Assembly (NCBI RefSeq): GCF_030684315.1
Contig: NC_081360.1
Location: 43,781,424 to 43,845,423 of the forward strand
Source of the DNA: Stegostoma tigrinum
Taxonomy: Eukaryota
DNA: 64,000 nt
Direction: 5' to 3'
Of this stretch, positions 60,025-64,000 are shown in pieces (position 1 is the first letter of the stretch; each line of letters opens with the position of its first letter). A program made the position numbers and the translations under genes. Below the pieces are notes generated by a model. That model saw only the letters and a list, made by a program, of their open reading frames with translations, did not search any database and was not told the DNA's origin.

Positions 60025-61190
60025 ATTGATTGATTTAATGATTTATTTATTGTCACATGTACCGAAATACAGTGAAAAGCTTTGTTTACGAGTGGTACAG
60101 GCACATCATAGTAAGAAAAAGACGTACAGATCAAAAAGACTTAGAGACATACAGGTTACATCGCGTACGACGTGTGCTAGGCATTACCAATGTTAGCAAG
60201 ATAAACGTTATTTGAGGCTAGAGAGACCATTCATCAGACTAATAACAACTAGGAAGAAGCTGTTTCTGAACATGCTTGTGTGTGTTCAGACTTCTGTACC
60301 TTCTGCCTGACGCAAAAAGTTGTAGGAGATCACTACCAGAATCCGATGGGTCTTTGATGTTGGCAGCCTTTCGCAACAGCAAGCCATGTAAGTGGAGTCC
60401 ACGGATGGAAGGATGGCTTCGATGATGATCTTGGATGTGCACACCACCTTTCGTAGTTTCTTATAGTCCTAGGCAGAGAAGTTGCCATACCATGCTGTTA
60501 TGCACCCAGACAGTATACTTTCAGTGGTGCCTCTGTAGAAGATAGTGAGGGACCTAATGCACATGCTAAATTTCCTGGGCAGCCTGAGGAATAAGAGGCA
60601 TTATTGTGCCTTCTTGACTATCATATCTACATGGGAAGTCCAGGACATATAAGTTATTGTCATTTTGAGGAACTTGATGCTGTTCACCCTCTCAACCTCC
60701 GTTCTATTGACGTAGATGGGGGCGTGTTCTCCTCCTTTCTTTCTGAAGTCAATGATCAGTTCTTTAGTTTTGCCGACATTGCACCATGTCACAAGCCTCT
60801 ACCTTTTGTAGTTTGACTCATCATTGTTAGATACCTGTCCCACAATGGTGGTGTTGTCAGCAAACGTGTAGATGGTGTTCATTAGGAATTTGGCGACATA
60901 ATCGTAGGTAGAAAGGGATTACAGTAGGGGGCTGAGGTTGCACCCTTGAGGATCTCCAGTATTGAGTGTTATTGTGGAGGAGGTGCAGTTACCTATCTTC
61001 ACTGACTGCGACCCGTGGGTCAGAAAGCTGAGGATCCAGTGGTAGAGGGCAGAGCCGTGACCAAGATCATGGAGTTTTGAGATCAGTCTGGAGGGGATAG
61101 GGTTTGAAGGCAGAGTTGTCGTCAATGACTAGGAGTCTGATGTAGGTGTCTTTGATGCGCAGATGTTCCAGGGATGAGTGCAGGGCTAAG
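60025..61190 (-). mobile_element. Rex1/Babar-clade LINE, second copy, inverted relative to the first
   Basis: [32 protein letters not shown] and NVGKTKELIIDFRK. The tail matches 58355-58390 joined to 59361-59408. Confidence 0.88.
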
Positions 61191-61196
61191 TTAATA

Positions 61197-62100
61197 GTGC
61201 TGGATTTTCCAAGAAATGACAATCACATTCATATTGTTATCTGACACTTCTTCTGAACGAATGGAGGGAGCCGTGCATTTTTGAAGAGGTTCTGATCAAA
61301 GCTCGTTGAGAAATGTGGAGCCGTAATTCCATCCTGGCCATTCTTTTGTAGCACATAACTGTCGGGGGAAGGCAGGTAATGCCTCCTTTTGACAGCTCTT
61401 AGCTGGCATATTCTGGAATGTAATGGTCTTGACAGGCACTTTGACAGTTGCTGTCAAACAGTAAGCATAAAAGATAAGTGTTATAGTAGGGTGTTGGGAG
61501 GATAGGGTACCAGGCAAGTGGGAGTGGAGGGTGCCAGTTAAGTAGGCAGTTAAGTAGGATGTCAGGTAGCATGTCAGAAGAGTAGGGAGTAGCGTGCTAG
61601 GTAAGCAGAGCACCTGCGGTCAGAGGCAGGATACCAAGAGGAAAGAGAGTGTAGAGTGTCAAGTCGGTAGGGTGCAAGATGGTAAAGAGGCAGATAAATG
61701 ATGCAGGTTAGGGCTAGTTATGGTGGGTGGGTGAAGTTAAGTCCAGCAGAGGGTTGGGTAAGGATGGGTATCGGATCTTGGGGGTTTCAGGTCTAGCAAT
61801 AATGTGGTGGTCATTTTGTCCTGTTGTCAGGCCTGTTGGAGGAGGTGGAGTTGAATCCAGTGAAGGGGAAAAGAATTATAGGTTAGGGTCTGGGAGTGTG
61901 AGAGTTAAGAGGGTAATTTGAATAGTTATTCAGGAGCTAGACAATGTATGTAATAGCATAACATTTCCTGAGTAACTGCTTGTTTAATTTTATTGAAACT
62001 CTCTGATTTAAATTGGGAGTTTCGGAGGGATTCAGGTATAAAGGTATTGCTCATTGGCACCTTCAGTGTCAAAAGGCTGACCATCAGAAAATCTGGGCCA
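61197..62100. mobile_element. Possible PIF/Harbinger-type non-autonomous element with a G-rich internal low-complexity tract
   Basis: Candidate TIRs GTGCTGGATTTTC and GAAAATCTGGGCC. Degenerate G-rich repeats at about 61485-61910. Confidence 0.35.
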
Positions 62101-62597
62101 TTGAGATCTAGGATCTCAGAAGAAATTAACATTAATTTTATCTCCTCAAATGATTGCCTAAGAAATTTCCTCAAAAGTTTGTTCATCTGAGCTTTTAGAA
62201 AGTTTGGCCACTCGTTCTCCATTCACAGGAGATCCTATAATTCTGTCATATTTCTGGATGGTGAGAAGTCTCCCTGGCTTTTGTTTTCTGAGGGTAGACT
62301 GAGATTCTCATTGCTTGCATAATGTGCCATACATACCTTATTGTGAGTTTTGAGAATGCTCACATGCCATTTATTGTTAATTCTACATTCTGTAAGATAA
62401 TTTGGACTCCTCTTGCTCACTGGCCATATTTTTGTTGAACTGTGGATTAAGATATTGTCCATATGAAAAATGATGCATTCCTAAATACTTGGCAGTGTCT
62501 TCTGGAATAAGTTCAGTGTTGACATGATTCCAATGGGTAGGTGGTTATGGTAGTAACATCTAAATAACTGTTAAAAGGACAAATCTTCCATTTTAAA

Positions 62598-63325
62598 AAA
62601 TTATTCATGGGATGTGGATGCCAACATTTATTGCCTGCCCCTGGTTGCCCGTGAGAATGTGGTCGAGAACTGCCTTCTTGAACTGCTGCATTCCATGTGC
62701 AGTAGGTAGAACCACATGCAATTAAGCAGGGCCTTCCAGCATTTGAAACCAACAACATTGAACAAGCAGTGATATATTTCCAAGACAGGATGTTGAGTGG
62801 TTTAGAGGGGATCTTCTGTTGACATTGTCCTTTTACATGGAGGAGTTCATGAGTTCAGAGGTGCTGCCTGAGGATCTTTGGTGAATTTCTGCAATGCATC
62901 TAGTAGATGGTAAACACTGCTCTAATTGAGCATTGGAGATGAAGGGAATGGATGTTCGTGGGTGTGGTGCCTGGCAGGTATCCTGTGTTGTCCTGGACGG
63001 TGTCAAGCTTCTTGAGTGTTATTGAAACTGTACCCATCCAGACAAGTGGAGAGTATTCTATCACACCCTTGACATGTCTTGTATATGTTAGACAAGTTTT
63101 TTCAGATTCAGCGTATGTTGTCCAGTCTGAATGTTGTCCAGATTCTGCTGCATTTGGACACGGACTGCTTCAGTATCAAAGGAGGTGTGCACGATGCTGA
63201 CCATTGTGCAGTCATTAATGAACATCCGTATTCCTGACGTTAAGATGGAGGGAAGGCCATTGCTGGAATAGCTGAAGGTGGTTGGGTCTGGGACACTACC
63301 CTGAGGAACTTCTGCAAAGATGTAC
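62598..63325 (-). mobile_element. CR1/L2-group LINE 3' fragment
   Basis: AEVPQGSVPDPTTFS...RMFINDCT RT motif and the shared AATAAATGTTGGCATCCACATCCCATGAAT tail. Confidence 0.8.
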
Positions 63326-64000
63326 TGGTACTTTTTGTTTTGTGAGTATGTCAATCTGTGAAAGTTTTACCAACCTTTCATCCACGTTGCCATTGTGTGT
63401 ACTTCTCACTCTGCAGGTTTGTTCAGTTGAGTAAAGCTGGTAGAAATTCATGTAGAACCGAATGGATTTGGAACAGGCAGTATATCAGAACATCGCATCA
63501 TAGATCTGGTTACTAACAAAGTAATGCATTATTGAAGCATTGTGCTTCCCCCCACCATTTCCTTCTCACTTTTATCATAAGTTTTTTTTAATCATAAGGG
63601 CATTTGACATTTCTGCATCAAAAGCCTGATGTGGTTGGCAGTTTCCAAGCTTTCAAACAGTTTCAGGAATGCAGTTTTGAATTCATTTTTTCTTTTGGTA
63701 TCTTCCTCTAATTTTGTTCACCTTACAAATTAATTCATATTCCATCCAGACATTTCTGCTTGATAATGAACATTCTTGGTAAGGGATACAGTATATTTTT
63801 TGAAGATTTTTTTAACACAGTTTTACACTTAGCTGGTTTATAATGTTAGAATTCATCGTTAAGAACAACATGTCAGTCATGGAAGGTTGCACATGACTTT
63901 GCAGTACTTCTCAGTTGGCAGGTCCGAACTGACAACTGAAATGTTGACAAGCATGATTATCCTCCAGAAAGTTGGTGTTAACGCTTTTTATATAAAAGAC

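Noticed and set aside
106-63354. ORF-track ORFs as independent genes
   Set aside because: They are short, and nearly all are chance frames or broken retroelement frames. Only the SESTD1 exons have splice signals and protein-family support.
53734-64000. Next SESTD1 exon (VILVSANKLTRYIE...)
   Set aside because: Not found by eye in the window; probably downstream.
1-64000. CRISPR arrays, operons or other prokaryotic systems
   Set aside because: No regularly spaced repeat-spacer structure is present. The sequence is spliced vertebrate DNA.

Overview
Vertebrate genomic DNA, very likely from a shark or other cartilaginous fish (inferred from HE1-type SINEs, Deu-domain SINE and shark-style CR1/Penelope repeats). 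The window holds the 5' part of SESTD1 (Solo; SEC14 and spectrin domain-containing 1) on the + strand: a CpG-island promoter with a probable non-coding exon 1 (donor at 2713) and four coding exons (19539-19593, 38217-38325, 46575-46665, 53620-53733; 123 codons, all GT-AG, frame-consistent). The gene continues beyond the window. The introns are full of decayed retroelements: CR1, a CR1/L2-group LINE, Rex1/Babar, a Tx1/L1 remnant, HE1 SINEs, a DeuSINE, MITEs and Penelope-like elements. The most unusual signal is a set of short Penelope-derived insertions carrying minimal type I hammerhead ribozyme motifs (CTGANGA-stem II-GAAAC-GTH). Several are fold-back palindromes with a ribozyme motif in each arm and target-site duplications, and their breakpoints cluster at the ribozyme. 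There is one 134-nt assembly gap. Repeat boundaries were read by eye and are approximate; family names rest on recalled consensus features, not database searches.
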